Below are positions 52,877 through 62,855 of a DNA stretch of 64,000 nucleotides, one piece after another. The number at the start of each line of letters is the position of its first letter. The first letter of the stretch is position 1. The position numbers were made by a program, and so were the translations under genes. The stretch spans positions 1,781 to 65,780 of the forward strand of contig CAWFFD010000001.1 of assembly GCA_963815025.1 (NCBI GenBank), given 5' to 3'. Under the pieces are notes generated by a model, which saw nothing but the letters and a program-made list of their open reading frames with translations, ran no database searches and had not been told where the DNA came from. This DNA comes from an uncultured Acidobacteriaceae bacterium. GTDB lineage: Bacteria > Acidobacteriota > Terriglobia > Terriglobales > Acidobacteriaceae.

Positions 52877-53776
52877 TCAGCTTCTGCCTGCGAAGTACAT
52901 CGTGATACCCGGTCCCAGAAACCACACGTATTCCGCCAACAGCACAGCCACTGTTACCCAAAGCATCGGCATTCTGTCGAGCGGCATCTTCGGCATCGGC
53001 GCGGCGGCATTTCTCTGTTGCATTCCGCGCGCGGCCCGAGCCGCGATGCTCGGAATCCACATCAGTCCGGAAGCGCCGCCCAGCGAAGACGCCGCCGCCG
53101 AGATCAGCACCAGCTTCCAGCCCATCGGATTCCGCACACCGGCCAGGCAAGCCGTAAGGCCGCCGGCAAAATAAATAATCCACGTCATCCGCCGCAGCCG
53201 CGCCTCGCCCAGGCCAACGATTTCCACCAGTTCACGCGCCAGCACCCACGCCGAGGCGAGATAGCTCACAGCGCCCAGCAGCGCGAAGCCCACGCGCCAT
53301 GCCCATATCGGCGAGAGGCCCTTTATCCAATCCGCCCAGTCGCCAATGCCGCCGATGCCGGAAAAAAGAAAGTAGCCCGTCCCCAGCAGCAGGTTGAACG
53401 CGGTGAAAGACCAGATGAATAACCGCAGTGGCATGCGCATCGGCATTTTGGTAGGCCGTATGCCGTGCAGCACCAGCAGGCCCAGCAGGCCAACCGCGAG
53501 ATTCACCAGCGTGCCGGCGGCCAGGATCCAGCGGGTATCCATCCCCGCCTCCATGTAGGTCGAGGTCACCGTAATCCGGTGCGCGCCCGAAAGCCACGCA
53601 ACACCGCCATGCCCGAGCCCCTCGTGCAGCACATTCGAGATCATGTACGCCAGCACGCCGAACGCAACCAGCGTCCAGAGATCGTCCTTGCGGACGGGCA
53701 GCACTGCCCCTTCTGCGGAACCTGCCGCGGATCCCGCAGTGAACCTTGTAGACGTGCGCGTCACGATGGCGTCCAT
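52877..53776 (-). CDS. Polytopic membrane protein with an HEGLGH motif, hypothetical
   Basis: NVLHEGLGHGG lies within TM2. This is reminiscent of, but not identical to, the HExxH of intramembrane zincins. Confidence 0.55.
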   Translation of the reverse strand: MDAIVTRTSTRFTAGSAAGSAEGAVLPVRKDDLWTLVAFGVLAYMISNVLHEGLGHGGVAWLSGAHRITVTSTYMEAGMDTRWILAAGTLVNLAVGLLGLLVLHGIRPTKMPMRMPLRLFIWSFTAFNLLLGTGYFLFSGIGGIGDWADWIKGLSPIWAWRVGFALLGAVSYLASAWVLARELVEIVGLGEARLRRMTWIIYFAGGLTACLAGVRNPMGWKLVLISAAASSLGGASGLMWIPSIAARAARGMQQRNAAAPMPKMPLDRMPMLWVTVAVLLAEYVWFLGPGITMYFAGRS

Positions 53777-53794
53777 ATCTTCGCTCGCTTCTTC

Positions 53795-54382
53795 CTACAG
53801 CCCGGCTTGCGCTGCAAGCTGTGAGGGAGGCGCCATCCGGAAGGCCGCGTAGAGCGCGCCCGCTGCGCTCGTCCACAGGATCGCTCCGGCACTCAGACAC
53901 TCCACCGTATCGCGCGCGGAAACTGGCAACACGATGGCAACCGCCGCGCAGATCATCATGGCAATGCCCGTCTTCAGGTGTTGCGGCGTCTGAAAGATCC
54001 TCGCCAGCGGGATGAAGTGCGCGCCGACAATCATCACGATCGAAGAAACGATCCATGCATCCAGGTGCAGATTGCGCAGGAGGTTCACTGTGCCGAAGAT
54101 GGCTAGCCATTGGGCGATGTTCACCATGTAGAAGGCTCGCATCATCTCTTTCTTCTTCGGACTCTCCGCGCCGGCGAACTTCGGCAGCCGCCGCCGCACC
54201 GCCGAGCCAAGAAAGGCGATCAGCACGAAGACGGGAAGCACCACCGCCAGTCCAACCCGCACCGGCACACCCGCACTGGTCATTCCCATCGCCAGCCACA
54301 CCGCACCGAAACCGCCCACGATCGTGGCCCCGATACTTGCCCCCTTCGCCCGCTCGTTTCTGAAAACCTCGGCCTGATCCAT
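53795..54382 (-). CDS. Membrane protein, hypothetical
   Basis: Six hydrophobic segments. Strong SD (GAGGAGG) ahead of ATG 54382. Confidence 0.6.
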   Translation of the reverse strand: MDQAEVFRNERAKGASIGATIVGGFGAVWLAMGMTSAGVPVRVGLAVVLPVFVLIAFLGSAVRRRLPKFAGAESPKKKEMMRAFYMVNIAQWLAIFGTVNLLRNLHLDAWIVSSIVMIVGAHFIPLARIFQTPQHLKTGIAMMICAAVAIVLPVSARDTVECLSAGAILWTSAAGALYAAFRMAPPSQLAAQAGL

Positions 54383-54400
54383 ACCGCCTCCTCGAAGAGC

Positions 54401-54449
54401 ACTCTGCGCTGCAGAGTAACTATGCAGACCACTCTGCGCCGCAGAGTGG
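54401..54449. promoter_or_regulatory. Twin perfect palindromes (candidate operators) upstream of the membrane operon
   Basis: ACTCTGC-gct-GCAGAGT at 54401-54417 and CCACTCTGC-gcc-GCAGAGTGG at 54429-54449. Centres are 30 bp apart. Confidence 0.45.
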
Positions 54450-54580
54450 AGGATGTCAAGCGCTAAGTTGCTGCCGTTTTCACGTTTGCACTGGGGCAGC
54501 TGCGAATGGCCGTCTCGACCGCTACCGGATCGTGCCCAGAACGTACTTCAAAGGGCCTTATTCGCGCACAAAAACGCACC

Positions 54581-56632
54581 TCAAACGGCCGCCAAAGCCT
54601 CGCCAATCCACTCTTCAAAGGCCTCCATACTCTCGTCGCGGCCCAGAAATCCCTGCACCATGGCGCGCCCCGGGGCCGATCCTCCGCGATCGAGAACAGC
54701 CTTGCGATAGCGCATCGTCGCCGGATCATCCAGCAACGCTAAGCGATTGAATTGATTGAAGAAATCGATCGCGATCACCTTGTCGTAGAGGTAGGTGTAG
54801 TAGTTCGACGAGTAGCCGCACAGATGCGTGAAGCTCGCATACATGCGGTTGCCATCGATCCATCGGTACGGCAGAAACCGTTCATAATCAGCGCGTAACA
54901 GCGCATCCAGATCCAGCGGCGCACCCGCCGCATCCGGATCGCGGTCATGCACATCGAGCGCGTAATTGGTATAGAAAAGCTGCGTCCGAACCCAGTCCGC
55001 GCGGCCAAAAGCGCCAGCCTGGTTCATAGTCGCCACCAGCTCCGTAGGAATCGGCTCGCCCGTCTGGTAGTGGCGCCCAAAGCTCTGCAGCAGCTTCGCA
55101 TCGCGGAAAAACTCTTCCAGCATCTGCGAAGGAACCTCGACGAAATCGCCTTCCGTAGCGATGCCGCTGATGCCTGCCCACTGCTGCTGGCCGCCCAGAA
55201 TCGCATGCATCAGATGACCAAACTCGTGGAAATACGTGACGACATCGGAGTGCTGCATCAAGCCCGGGTCATCACTTTTGTCATCGCCGCCGGGAAAATT
55301 ACAGATCAAAGCAGCTTCCGGAATCTGCCGTCCCACAATGCCGGGCACCAGCGGAGCAGCGCTGAACCACTTGTCCTTGCCTTCGCGCGGGTGCATGTCG
55401 AGATAGAAGCGGCCCACGCGACGGTCGCCATCGAAGACATCCCACGCGGATACCGACGGGTGCCACACCTCGGCATCTTCAGCGGGCTGGAACTCCACGT
55501 TGAAGAGACGCGCAGCGGTTGCCAGAACCCCAGCCTCGACCTGAGCATAGGGAAAGTACGGCCGCACTGCCTGCGAGTCGAAGGCGAAGGCCTGCCGCCG
55601 GTATTGCTCCAGCCAGTAGCCGCGGCTGGCTGCGTCGATCGCCTCCAAGCCGGGCCTCTGGCTGCGGACAAAATCAAGAATGATGCCGTATTCGCGTTGC
55701 GCTCCGGCACGCGTAGACTGCTCCAGCCGATCCAGGAATTGCTTCATCGCGCCAGCCGAGCCGATCATCTGGTCGGCCGTGGCGAAGTCCGCCCAGGTAG
55801 CGAACCCCAGCAGGTTCGCGATCGCATGCCGGGTGCGGAAGAGATCGAGAAGCAGCTCCCGGTTTACCGGGAAAGCGCGCGTGTTGTAGGCCAGAAACAT
55901 GCGGCGACGCAGGGCGTCGTTCGCCGCAAAGGTCATCACCGGCAGGTAGTCCGGGTAGTCGGTGGTCAGCACCACTTTGCCCGATTCGTCCGCAGGATGG
56001 TTCCTGCGAAAGTCCTCCGGCAACCCCTCAAGCTCGCTCAGGTCGATGATCTCGACCTTATTTGCTCCTTCCTGCACATTGCGCCCGATGGTCAGGCTCA
56101 GCAGGGTCGCTTTGTCCTGCAGCTCGCGCAGTTTGGCGCGGGTCGCATCGTCCTTGTCGACGCCTGCCAGGCGGTACTGCAGCAGCGTCCGCTCCACATA
56201 GTGCCGAGTCGCTTCATCCGCCTCGCTCGTATCCACTGCGGCCAGAGCTTGATAGACCGCCTGGTTCAGAGACAGCGTCGTCGCCACCTCGGCCACGCGC
56301 TGAGCCAGTTGCTGAGCCTTGTCGCGCACCGGCTTGCTGGGGTGCACGCTGTCCAGCAGACCGCACTCGGAACCGGCCTGGCTCAGTGCCGCGATGGCGT
56401 CGTCGTACGGCCTCCATGTGGATTCGAGGGTCCGCTTCTCGGCCGCCACGAGCCGGTCGAGGCCGGCCTGGCAGGCGTCCAGGCGGGCTGACACCCAGGC
56501 CTCCAGCGCATCGGGCGAGAGTCCTGGGGCAACGTCGACACTCGAGCGCGTCGCGGCCGGTGGGGTTACTTCTGTGACATGGGCTGGGTTCCACGCGTGG
56601 CGGCCCGAAATTGTTGCATCTGTTGCATTCAT
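54581..56632 (-). CDS. M3 family metallopeptidase (oligopeptidase A / Dcp-like)
   Basis: The FHEFGHLMH zinc motif and overall M3 length. Start at ATG 56632 (MNATDATISGR). Confidence 0.9.
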   Translation of the reverse strand: MNATDATISGRHAWNPAHVTEVTPPAATRSSVDVAPGLSPDALEAWVSARLDACQAGLDRLVAAEKRTLESTWRPYDDAIAALSQAGSECGLLDSVHPSKPVRDKAQQLAQRVAEVATTLSLNQAVYQALAAVDTSEADEATRHYVERTLLQYRLAGVDKDDATRAKLRELQDKATLLSLTIGRNVQEGANKVEIIDLSELEGLPEDFRRNHPADESGKVVLTTDYPDYLPVMTFAANDALRRRMFLAYNTRAFPVNRELLLDLFRTRHAIANLLGFATWADFATADQMIGSAGAMKQFLDRLEQSTRAGAQREYGIILDFVRSQRPGLEAIDAASRGYWLEQYRRQAFAFDSQAVRPYFPYAQVEAGVLATAARLFNVEFQPAEDAEVWHPSVSAWDVFDGDRRVGRFYLDMHPREGKDKWFSAAPLVPGIVGRQIPEAALICNFPGGDDKSDDPGLMQHSDVVTYFHEFGHLMHAILGGQQQWAGISGIATEGDFVEVPSQMLEEFFRDAKLLQSFGRHYQTGEPIPTELVATMNQAGAFGRADWVRTQLFYTNYALDVHDRDPDAAGAPLDLDALLRADYERFLPYRWIDGNRMYASFTHLCGYSSNYYTYLYDKVIAIDFFNQFNRLALLDDPATMRYRKAVLDRGGSAPGRAMVQGFLGRDESMEAFEEWIGEALAAV

Positions 56633-56738
56633 TTTGGAATCGGTTCCCCTTAAGAGCAGGTTAAATGCAGACAACACCTTGCAACTAAGCGCAACGCTGG
56701 TTACTATTTCGCAATTCAGGCATGACTTCGGCTTCGGC

Positions 56739-58442
56739 ATGATCTCCACTACCCCAGCAATCGCCGCTCACCAGCTCCGCGCGCGCATGGGGAAGATTTG
56801 CGTCTCCGTAACCGGCGCAACCGCGAATGAAATGCTCAGCCGCGCCGAACAGGTCTCCAATACCAACCCCTTCCTTGAACTGCGGCTGGACACGCTGAAC
56901 AAACCGCAGGCAGTGCTGCCCAAGCTCAAATCCTTCCTCGCCACCAACCGGCACGTCACCATGATTGCGACGTGCCGCCGCACTGAAGGCGGCGGCAACT
57001 TCGTAGGCGAGTTGTTCGAGCAGGCGGAGATCCTGGAGGGCGCGGCGAAAGCAGGCTGCCAACTCATCGATGTCGAGATCGAATCGGCTGAGACCATGCG
57101 GCCGGCGGACTGGAAGCGAATCCGCGCCAGCGAAGCGGCGCTCATCCTCAGCTATCACGACTTCGCGCACACCCGCACCCTGCAGAAGGCCTTTGAACGC
57201 ATGCAGCGCTTCGAGCCCGAGTTTTACAAGATCGTTTCGACCGCACGCTCGCTTACAGACAATATTGCGGTGCTCGATCTGTTGCAGCAATACGGTGACA
57301 GCACCAACATGATCGCGATGGCGATGGGGCCGCCCGGTATTGTGAGCCGCCTGCTGGGTGCGCGCGCCGGCAGCGCTTTCACCTTTGCATCGATGGCGGC
57401 TGGCGAAGAGACCGCGCCCGGGCAGATGACCCTGGAAACCCTGCGCTCGCTCTACCGCTTCGAAGAGATCGACGCGGCGACGCGTGTGTATGGTGTTGCC
57501 GGCCATCCCATTGCACATTCGCTTTCGCCCCTGATGCTGAACACCGCTTTCCGGCGTGAGCGCGTCAACGCTGTCTTTATTCCGCTGGAAACGGCAAAGA
57601 TCGCCGACCTGCTTACGCTGGTGGAGCGTATTCCGCTCGCCGGCCTTGCCGTGACCATGCCGCTGAAACAGGAGATATTGCCCTCGCTGGCACGCATGGA
57701 TGATCTCTCCGCACGCATCGGCGCCTGCAACACGATCGTGCGTGGACCGAATGGCCGTCTCTTCGGATTCAACACCGATGTCAACGCTGTCCTCGGACCG
57801 CTCGAGCGCCGGATCACGCTCAAGGGTGCGCGCGTGCTGGTGCTGGGCGCGGGTGGCGCGGCGCGCGCCGCAGTCTTCGGCCTGAAGGAGAAGGGCGCAG
57901 AGGTCTACATCCTGAATCGCACTCCGGAGAGCGCAAAGGAGCTGGCCACGCAGGCGAAGGCGAAGGTCTTCAAACGCGAACAATTGACGAAGACGGACTT
58001 CGACATCGTGGTGAATGCGACACCTGCCGGTATGCACGGCAGTAAGCTGAATTCTCTGCTGGAGCCGGATGAGCTGCGCGCTCGGCTGGTCTTCGATATG
58101 GTCTACAACCCCATCGAGACACCTCTGCTGCGCATGGCGCACGACAAGGGGATCGCGATCATTCCGGGTCTCGAGATGTTCGTGCACCAGGGGGCGCGTC
58201 AATTCGAGATATGGACCGGCAAGCCGGCGCCGGAGGCGGATATGCGCCGCGTCGTGATCCATGCACTGCAACAGCAGCAGCATGCTGCGCACGACAGTCA
58301 CAGCCAGGACCGCCTGAGTAAGCTGTGCCGCAAACCTGTCAGCTCTCTTTCGCTCACAATCCTGCGCTATAAGGAAACATGGAGCAGCGCACACTCGGAC
58401 GTTCTGGACCTGCGGTATCGGCGATTGGCCTTGGTTGCATGA
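56739..58442 (+). CDS. Fused 3-dehydroquinate dehydratase (type I) / shikimate dehydrogenase
   Basis: The N-terminal half is AroD-like (ICVSVTG...ELRLD...IATCR). The C-terminal half is AroE-like ([32 protein letters not shown]). The 3' end overlaps the next gene by 64 nt. Confidence 0.85.
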   Translation: MISTTPAIAAHQLRARMGKICVSVTGATANEMLSRAEQVSNTNPFLELRLDTLNKPQAVLPKLKSFLATNRHVTMIATCRRTEGGGNFVGELFEQAEILEGAAKAGCQLIDVEIESAETMRPADWKRIRASEAALILSYHDFAHTRTLQKAFERMQRFEPEFYKIVSTARSLTDNIAVLDLLQQYGDSTNMIAMAMGPPGIVSRLLGARAGSAFTFASMAAGEETAPGQMTLETLRSLYRFEEIDAATRVYGVAGHPIAHSLSPLMLNTAFRRERVNAVFIPLETAKIADLLTLVERIPLAGLAVTMPLKQEILPSLARMDDLSARIGACNTIVRGPNGRLFGFNTDVNAVLGPLERRITLKGARVLVLGAGGAARAAVFGLKEKGAEVYILNRTPESAKELATQAKAKVFKREQLTKTDFDIVVNATPAGMHGSKLNSLLEPDELRARLVFDMVYNPIETPLLRMAHDKGIAIIPGLEMFVHQGARQFEIWTGKPAPEADMRRVVIHALQQQQHAAHDSHSQDRLSKLCRKPVSSLSLTILRYKETWSSAHSDVLDLRYRRLALVA

Positions 58443-59371
58443 GCATGGGCATTGCGGACGTGTACACCAGCAGTGTGCGCGACGACGATGCAGCCGTCGC
58501 GCTGATTCATCGTGCGCTCGATCTGGGCATCACCCTGCTGGATACCGCGGATATCTACGGCATCTCGGAGCTGCAGGTAGGCAAGGCCTTGCGCGGCCGC
58601 CGCGCAAATGCCGTGCTGGCCACCAAGTTTGGTTTTGTTGGGACCACTCGCCCCGGAATTGAACGCATTCCGAATGGCAGGCCGGACTATGTTCATCGCG
58701 CGTGCAATCTCTCGCTCGAACGTCTCGGAGTCGACTGCATCGACCTCTATTATTTGCATCGAGTGGATCCGACAGTACCCATTGAAGAGACGGTCGGTGC
58801 GATGTCCGAGTTAGTGCGGCTGGGCAAGGTGCGGCATCTGGGCCTGTCGGAGGTGTCGGCCGCAACCCTCCGCCGTGCGCATGCCATCCATCCCATCGCT
58901 GCCGTACAGACGGAATACTCCCTGTGGAGCCGCGAACCCGAGGATGAACTCCTGCCGGCGTTGCTCGAACTTGGCATCGCGCTGGTGGCTTACAGTCCGC
59001 TGGGCCGTGGCTTTCTGGCCGGGCGCATCCGCAAACTCGACGACCTGGCGGAGAACGACTGGCGCCGCAACAATCCACGCTTCCAGGGTGAAAATTTCGC
59101 GAAGAATGTCGCAGTTGCCGATCGCGTGCAAGAGTTAGCGCGCAAAAAGGACTGCACAGCCGCACAATTGGCACTCGCCTGGTTACTGAGCCGGCCTGGT
59201 GTGATCCCAATTCCCGGTACGAGCAGCGAGCGGCGATTAGTGGAAAATGCAGAAGCTGCGGAGGTGCACCTATCCGCAAGCGAAATTGCGGAAGTCGAGC
59301 AGGCCGTCCCTCGCGGAGCAGCAGCGGGTCATCGGTATGACCCTGCCATGCAGAAGCTAGTCGATGGATAA
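58379..59371 (+). CDS. Aldo/keto reductase
   Basis: [23 protein letters not shown] and YYLHR motifs. SD AAGGAA lies before the ATG. Confidence 0.9.
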   Translation: MEQRTLGRSGPAVSAIGLGCMSMGIADVYTSSVRDDDAAVALIHRALDLGITLLDTADIYGISELQVGKALRGRRANAVLATKFGFVGTTRPGIERIPNGRPDYVHRACNLSLERLGVDCIDLYYLHRVDPTVPIEETVGAMSELVRLGKVRHLGLSEVSAATLRRAHAIHPIAAVQTEYSLWSREPEDELLPALLELGIALVAYSPLGRGFLAGRIRKLDDLAENDWRRNNPRFQGENFAKNVAVADRVQELARKKDCTAAQLALAWLLSRPGVIPIPGTSSERRLVENAEAAEVHLSASEIAEVEQAVPRGAAAGHRYDPAMQKLVDG

Positions 59372-59465
59372 CGCGGGGTAGAGATGGGATAGTTGCGATG
59401 CGCAACATGAGGGAGCACGGTGATAGGCTGCATTTGCCGGCACTCCGCTGTGAAGGACGTTCGCC

Positions 59466-59861
59466 TTGCCCAATCTTCGCTCGCTGTCACAGCTTCGCGC
59501 GTTATTGCCCTATGCGGCCAAGTTGTTGCCCGTCCTTACCGGCGTAGCCGTCGGGGAGACGGCGCTGCAGCAGCGGCCTGATCTCTCCGCGCTCAATCGC
59601 CACTTTGGCGAGATGCAGAGCGAGAGTCGCGGGCTGCGGTCCCGGGTGGAGGGGCAGAGCGAGCAGATCGGGCGCATCCAGGAGCGATTGGACCAGGTTG
59701 CCGCCAGCATCGAGAGCAATCACCGCGAACAGCAAGAGCTTGCCAAGTCTTTTCGTAGCCTTGCGGGGTTACTAAAGGGGCTTTTCTTCGCCATTCTTTT
59801 CCTATTGGTCGCAGTGACTGCAATGAGTGTGCTCATTCTGCTTCACATCTCACGCGCTTAA
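59466..59861 (+). CDS. Hypothetical coiled-coil protein with a C-terminal TM anchor
   Basis: TTG start. The central region is heptad-like and charged. C-terminal FFAILFLLVAVTAMSVLILL. Confidence 0.4.
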   Translation: MPNLRSLSQLRALLPYAAKLLPVLTGVAVGETALQQRPDLSALNRHFGEMQSESRGLRSRVEGQSEQIGRIQERLDQVAASIESNHREQQELAKSFRSLAGLLKGLFFAILFLLVAVTAMSVLILLHISRA

Positions 59862-60138
59862 TTCTTTTTTTTGCGACATTAAAATCGCCGCTCTGGCATT
59901 GGTTTGGTAACGTTTGCAACGACATAGCCATCCGTCATCGCATCGCATTTCGGAATGCCGATTCGCATCCATCGCTTTGTTGGTTGCCAGTCGTGTGATG
60001 CGAGGTCTAGGATGTGCCATAAGTTCGGTGCAGCCCCTCAATGAGGCGCGCCAGGGCGAGGGTAGTCGCCTTACTCTGCACGATATAAGTCAATCAAACT
60101 GGTGAATTTCTGCCAGCGTCAATGGAGTGACCGTCTCT

Positions 60139-60894
60139 ATGGCGTGGTACGCCTACTGCATCAGTGAAAAGCAAGCTTTCCCTGAATTAGCCCGCCACCG
60201 CAAGCCGGTACCAATGCAAGCCTTGACCGGCATCTCAGGGAATCAAATCTTCCTCTATCCAGCCAGTGATCTTGCAGTTATCGTTTCGGAACACAATCCC
60301 CAAGAAAATCTCGATCAACAGGCCGCCAGAGATCACGCACGCGTGGTCGGTGACTGCTTCAAACTCTCCACTGTCCTTCCTTTCCGCTTCGGCACCGTCT
60401 TCGCCGATGACGAAGCGCTTCGCCGCTCCATCCGCTCCAACCAGCGCCAGTATGCGACGCATGTGGAACGTCTGCGAGGCAAAGCTGAGATGCATTTGAA
60501 GGTCGCCGTCGACGACTGTTGTCTGCAGCAGCCGCTGCGCGCGGTTTCTCCCAAAGGCAACGTTGGCAAGGAATACCTCTCCAATCTGCGGGAGACCGCT
60601 GCCCGGCAACGCGAGCGGCAAACCAAGGGTCGCGCTATCGCCGTCCAGATGCAGCGCCTGTTCGTTCCACAGGATGAAGAGGTCACCTGCCGCACCATGG
60701 ACAATGGCAAGATGCTATTGGATATCTCGCATCTCATCGATGCGAAGTGCGTGGAACGTTACCAGAACAAATTCGCCACCACGCGCGAATTGTTGAAGGA
60801 CTGCCAGATGCAGCTTTCTGGTCCCTGGCCGCCCTACCACTTCGTCCACCGGCTGACGCGGCCGCATATTGCCGCACCAGGCATCCCCGCTTAG
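60139..60894 (+). CDS. GvpL/GvpF-family (gas-vesicle-protein-like) protein
   Basis: AWYAYCIS (YxYGI-like start), LAVIVSE, H..VV......VLPFRFGTVF, KAEMHLKV and C-terminal GPWPPYHFV match GvpL/GvpF hallmarks. Confidence 0.78.
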   Translation: MAWYAYCISEKQAFPELARHRKPVPMQALTGISGNQIFLYPASDLAVIVSEHNPQENLDQQAARDHARVVGDCFKLSTVLPFRFGTVFADDEALRRSIRSNQRQYATHVERLRGKAEMHLKVAVDDCCLQQPLRAVSPKGNVGKEYLSNLRETAARQRERQTKGRAIAVQMQRLFVPQDEEVTCRTMDNGKMLLDISHLIDAKCVERYQNKFATTRELLKDCQMQLSGPWPPYHFVHRLTRPHIAAPGIPA

Positions 60895-60916
60895 CGCAAC
60901 ATTCTCCATCACAAAT

Positions 60917-60947
60917 GAAAAAGGCCCGCCATTGGCGGGCCTTTTTT
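60917..60947. terminator. Bidirectional rho-independent terminator
   Basis: AAAAA-GGCCCGCC-att-GGCGGGCC-TTTTTT, between convergent genes. Confidence 0.8.
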
Positions 60948-60962
60948 GACTTGCAACAGCAC

Positions 60963-61313
60963 CTACTCCGCGTGCCAGGCAGCGAGTTCGTTGCCGCCAG
61001 GGTCACGAAAGTGAAAACGCGAACCACCGGGGAAGGAAAAGCGTCCTTTTGTAATGACTCCCCCTGCAGCCTTGACACTCTGCTCTGCCGCCTGAAGATC
61101 GTCGACAAAGACTACGATCAAGGTCCCGGACGACCCGGATTGTGCGGCTTTTTGAAACCCTCCGGCAATGCGGCCATCGGAAAAACTCGTGTACTCCGCG
61201 CCATAGTCCTCAAACGACCAGCCAAAGACTTTCTGGTAAAAGGCTTTCGTCGCTTCTATGTCCGTAGAGGGGAATTCGATGTAGTCAATTTTGCGATCGC
61301 GGATAACATTCAT
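60963..61313 (-). CDS. VOC/glyoxalase family protein
   Basis: IDYIEFPSTDIEATKAFYQKVFGW...FRDPGGNELAAW. ATG 61313 is preceded by GGAG. Confidence 0.8.
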   Translation of the reverse strand: MNVIRDRKIDYIEFPSTDIEATKAFYQKVFGWSFEDYGAEYTSFSDGRIAGGFQKAAQSGSSGTLIVVFVDDLQAAEQSVKAAGGVITKGRFSFPGGSRFHFRDPGGNELAAWHAE

Positions 61314-61507
61314 CACGTCTCCTATACATGGCGTCCGAGCGTAAGCACACCAAGGGTGGTGCTCGCAGCTCCTCCATCCATGCTCTCCGCGAGGTGAGAA
61401 CGTGAGTAGGGCCTCTTCTTCGAACAGCAAAGGCCACCGAGGTACGTGGATACTGTAGCGCGAAGCTGTCTGAAGTACAACACCGCGGTGGGGTGAAACT
61501 TTGAAGA

Positions 61508-62159
61508 TCAGTTGGTCGATGCGGCGTTCTTCTTGTCGCGCCGCAACACGACGCTCGCCTTGCGGCGGTCGGAGGAGGAGTGGTCGATCTGCTTCCAGAA
61601 GGCCTGGAAGTAGTCCACCGCAGAAACGATGGAGACAAGCACCATGAAATAGATTGCGGTGTAGGCAGTCCAGCGCACCGGCAGGACGTACCAGCCCCAC
61701 TGCCATTCGAACCAGCGATGCGCCAGGATTGTCGCAACGACGGCGACAATCTGCACGATCGTCTTCAGCTTGCCCAGATTGCTGGCCTGGATGGTGAAGC
61801 CCTTCGACGCTGGCGATCGAACGCAAACCGCTCACCAGAAACTCGCGGCCAATCACCAGAATGGCGATCCACGGCTTCATGATGCTGGGAGTGAATTCGA
61901 CCAGCGAGATGAATGCCGCCGAGATCATCAGCTTGTCCGCCAGCGGATCGAGCAGCATTCCCATGGTCGTGATCTGGCCGCGCTTGCGTGCCAGATAGCC
62001 GTCGACGCCATCGGTGATCGCCAGCAGGATAAAGATGACCGAAGCGATGAGCTCCTGCTCACCCCAGGCATCGCGAAAGGGAAAGCTCGCGGAGAGCATC
62101 CAGATCAGCAGGGGCACTCCAGCGATCCGGCTCATCGTGATGGAGTTGGGCAGATTCAT
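61508..62159 (-). pseudogene. pgsA: CDP-diacylglycerol--glycerol-3-phosphate 3-phosphatidyltransferase (PgsA) with one frameshift near 61805
   Basis: CDP-alcohol phosphatidyltransferase motif DGVDGYLARKRGQITTMGMLLDPLADK. After ...LRSIASV the protein continues as KGFTIQASNLGKLKTIVQIVAV... in another frame (ORF 61508-61756). Confidence 0.85.
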
Positions 62160-62359
62160 ACGGATGCGCGGGGGCAGGCTCCCGAGATGCCCTTCCCAGC
62201 ATTAAAGCATTTTTCCTGAGGGACTTGTATTACAGGGCGCTATTCGAGCCCGGTTCGGGGCCTTTTGTCAGGCGCAGGCAGAAGCGAGATCTCGCAAGCT
62301 TCCCGATCTATGTGATGTAGAGACTGCCCTTGGCCTTCAAACGCAACACTTGGCATCCG

Positions 62360-62735
62360 CTATTCGGAAAGATAGTGCTCCAGCGGATTGGGAACCAGTT
62401 CGCGAAGCAGTTTCAGCAGCGAGGCGGGATCGAAATTGTCGAGATGATGATCGGCCAGGACACAGTCGGAGGTGCCGCGGCTCGAGGTGACGATGAGCAG
62501 GACATCGGAGCGAATAGCCCGCAGATCCTTGATCAGAGAAGCACAATCCATGCCGGTGACAGCTTCATTCATCACAATGCCCTGAGACATTCGGATACAT
62601 CTTGAATGTCTCCACCGCTTCGGCGCCGCTGTATGCGGTGATGACGTTGTACTTGGCGGTTTCCAGCACCAGCTTTCGCGTGGAAATGCTGTCGGGAAAC
62701 TCGTGATCAATGACAAGAAAACATGGTCGATGCAT
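62360..62735 (-). pseudogene. Receiver-like (pseudo-receiver) domain protein with one frameshift near 62597
   Basis: FLVIDHEFPDSIS...ITAYSGAEAVETFKMYPNV lies in one frame and QGIVMNEAVTGMDCASLIKDLRA...LLIVTSS in another. Together these give a CheY-like fold pattern. Confidence 0.55.
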
Positions 62736-62799
62736 CCGGTTAGTATGCAAGCGCGCAATAGCCACTTGCAAGAAATCGTCAGTTCCAACGGACAAAGCC

Positions 62800-62833
62800 T
62801 TAAGAAAAGATGAAGGCGGCTCTCGCCGCCTTC
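62800..62833 (-). terminator. Rho-independent terminator of gdhA
   Basis: The minus strand reads GAAGGCGGC-gaga-GCCGCCTTC followed by ATCTTTTCTT. Confidence 0.7.
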
Positions 62834-62855
62834 AGCTTTCTTTCAGCATCATCGA

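Noticed and set aside
59466-60894. A hidden gas-vesicle cluster around the GvpL/F gene
   Set aside because: No GvpA/J/M-like small hydrophobic ORF and no GvpN-like ATPase appear in any frame nearby. The neighbouring 131-aa protein is a coiled-coil TM protein, not a Gvp family I recognise.
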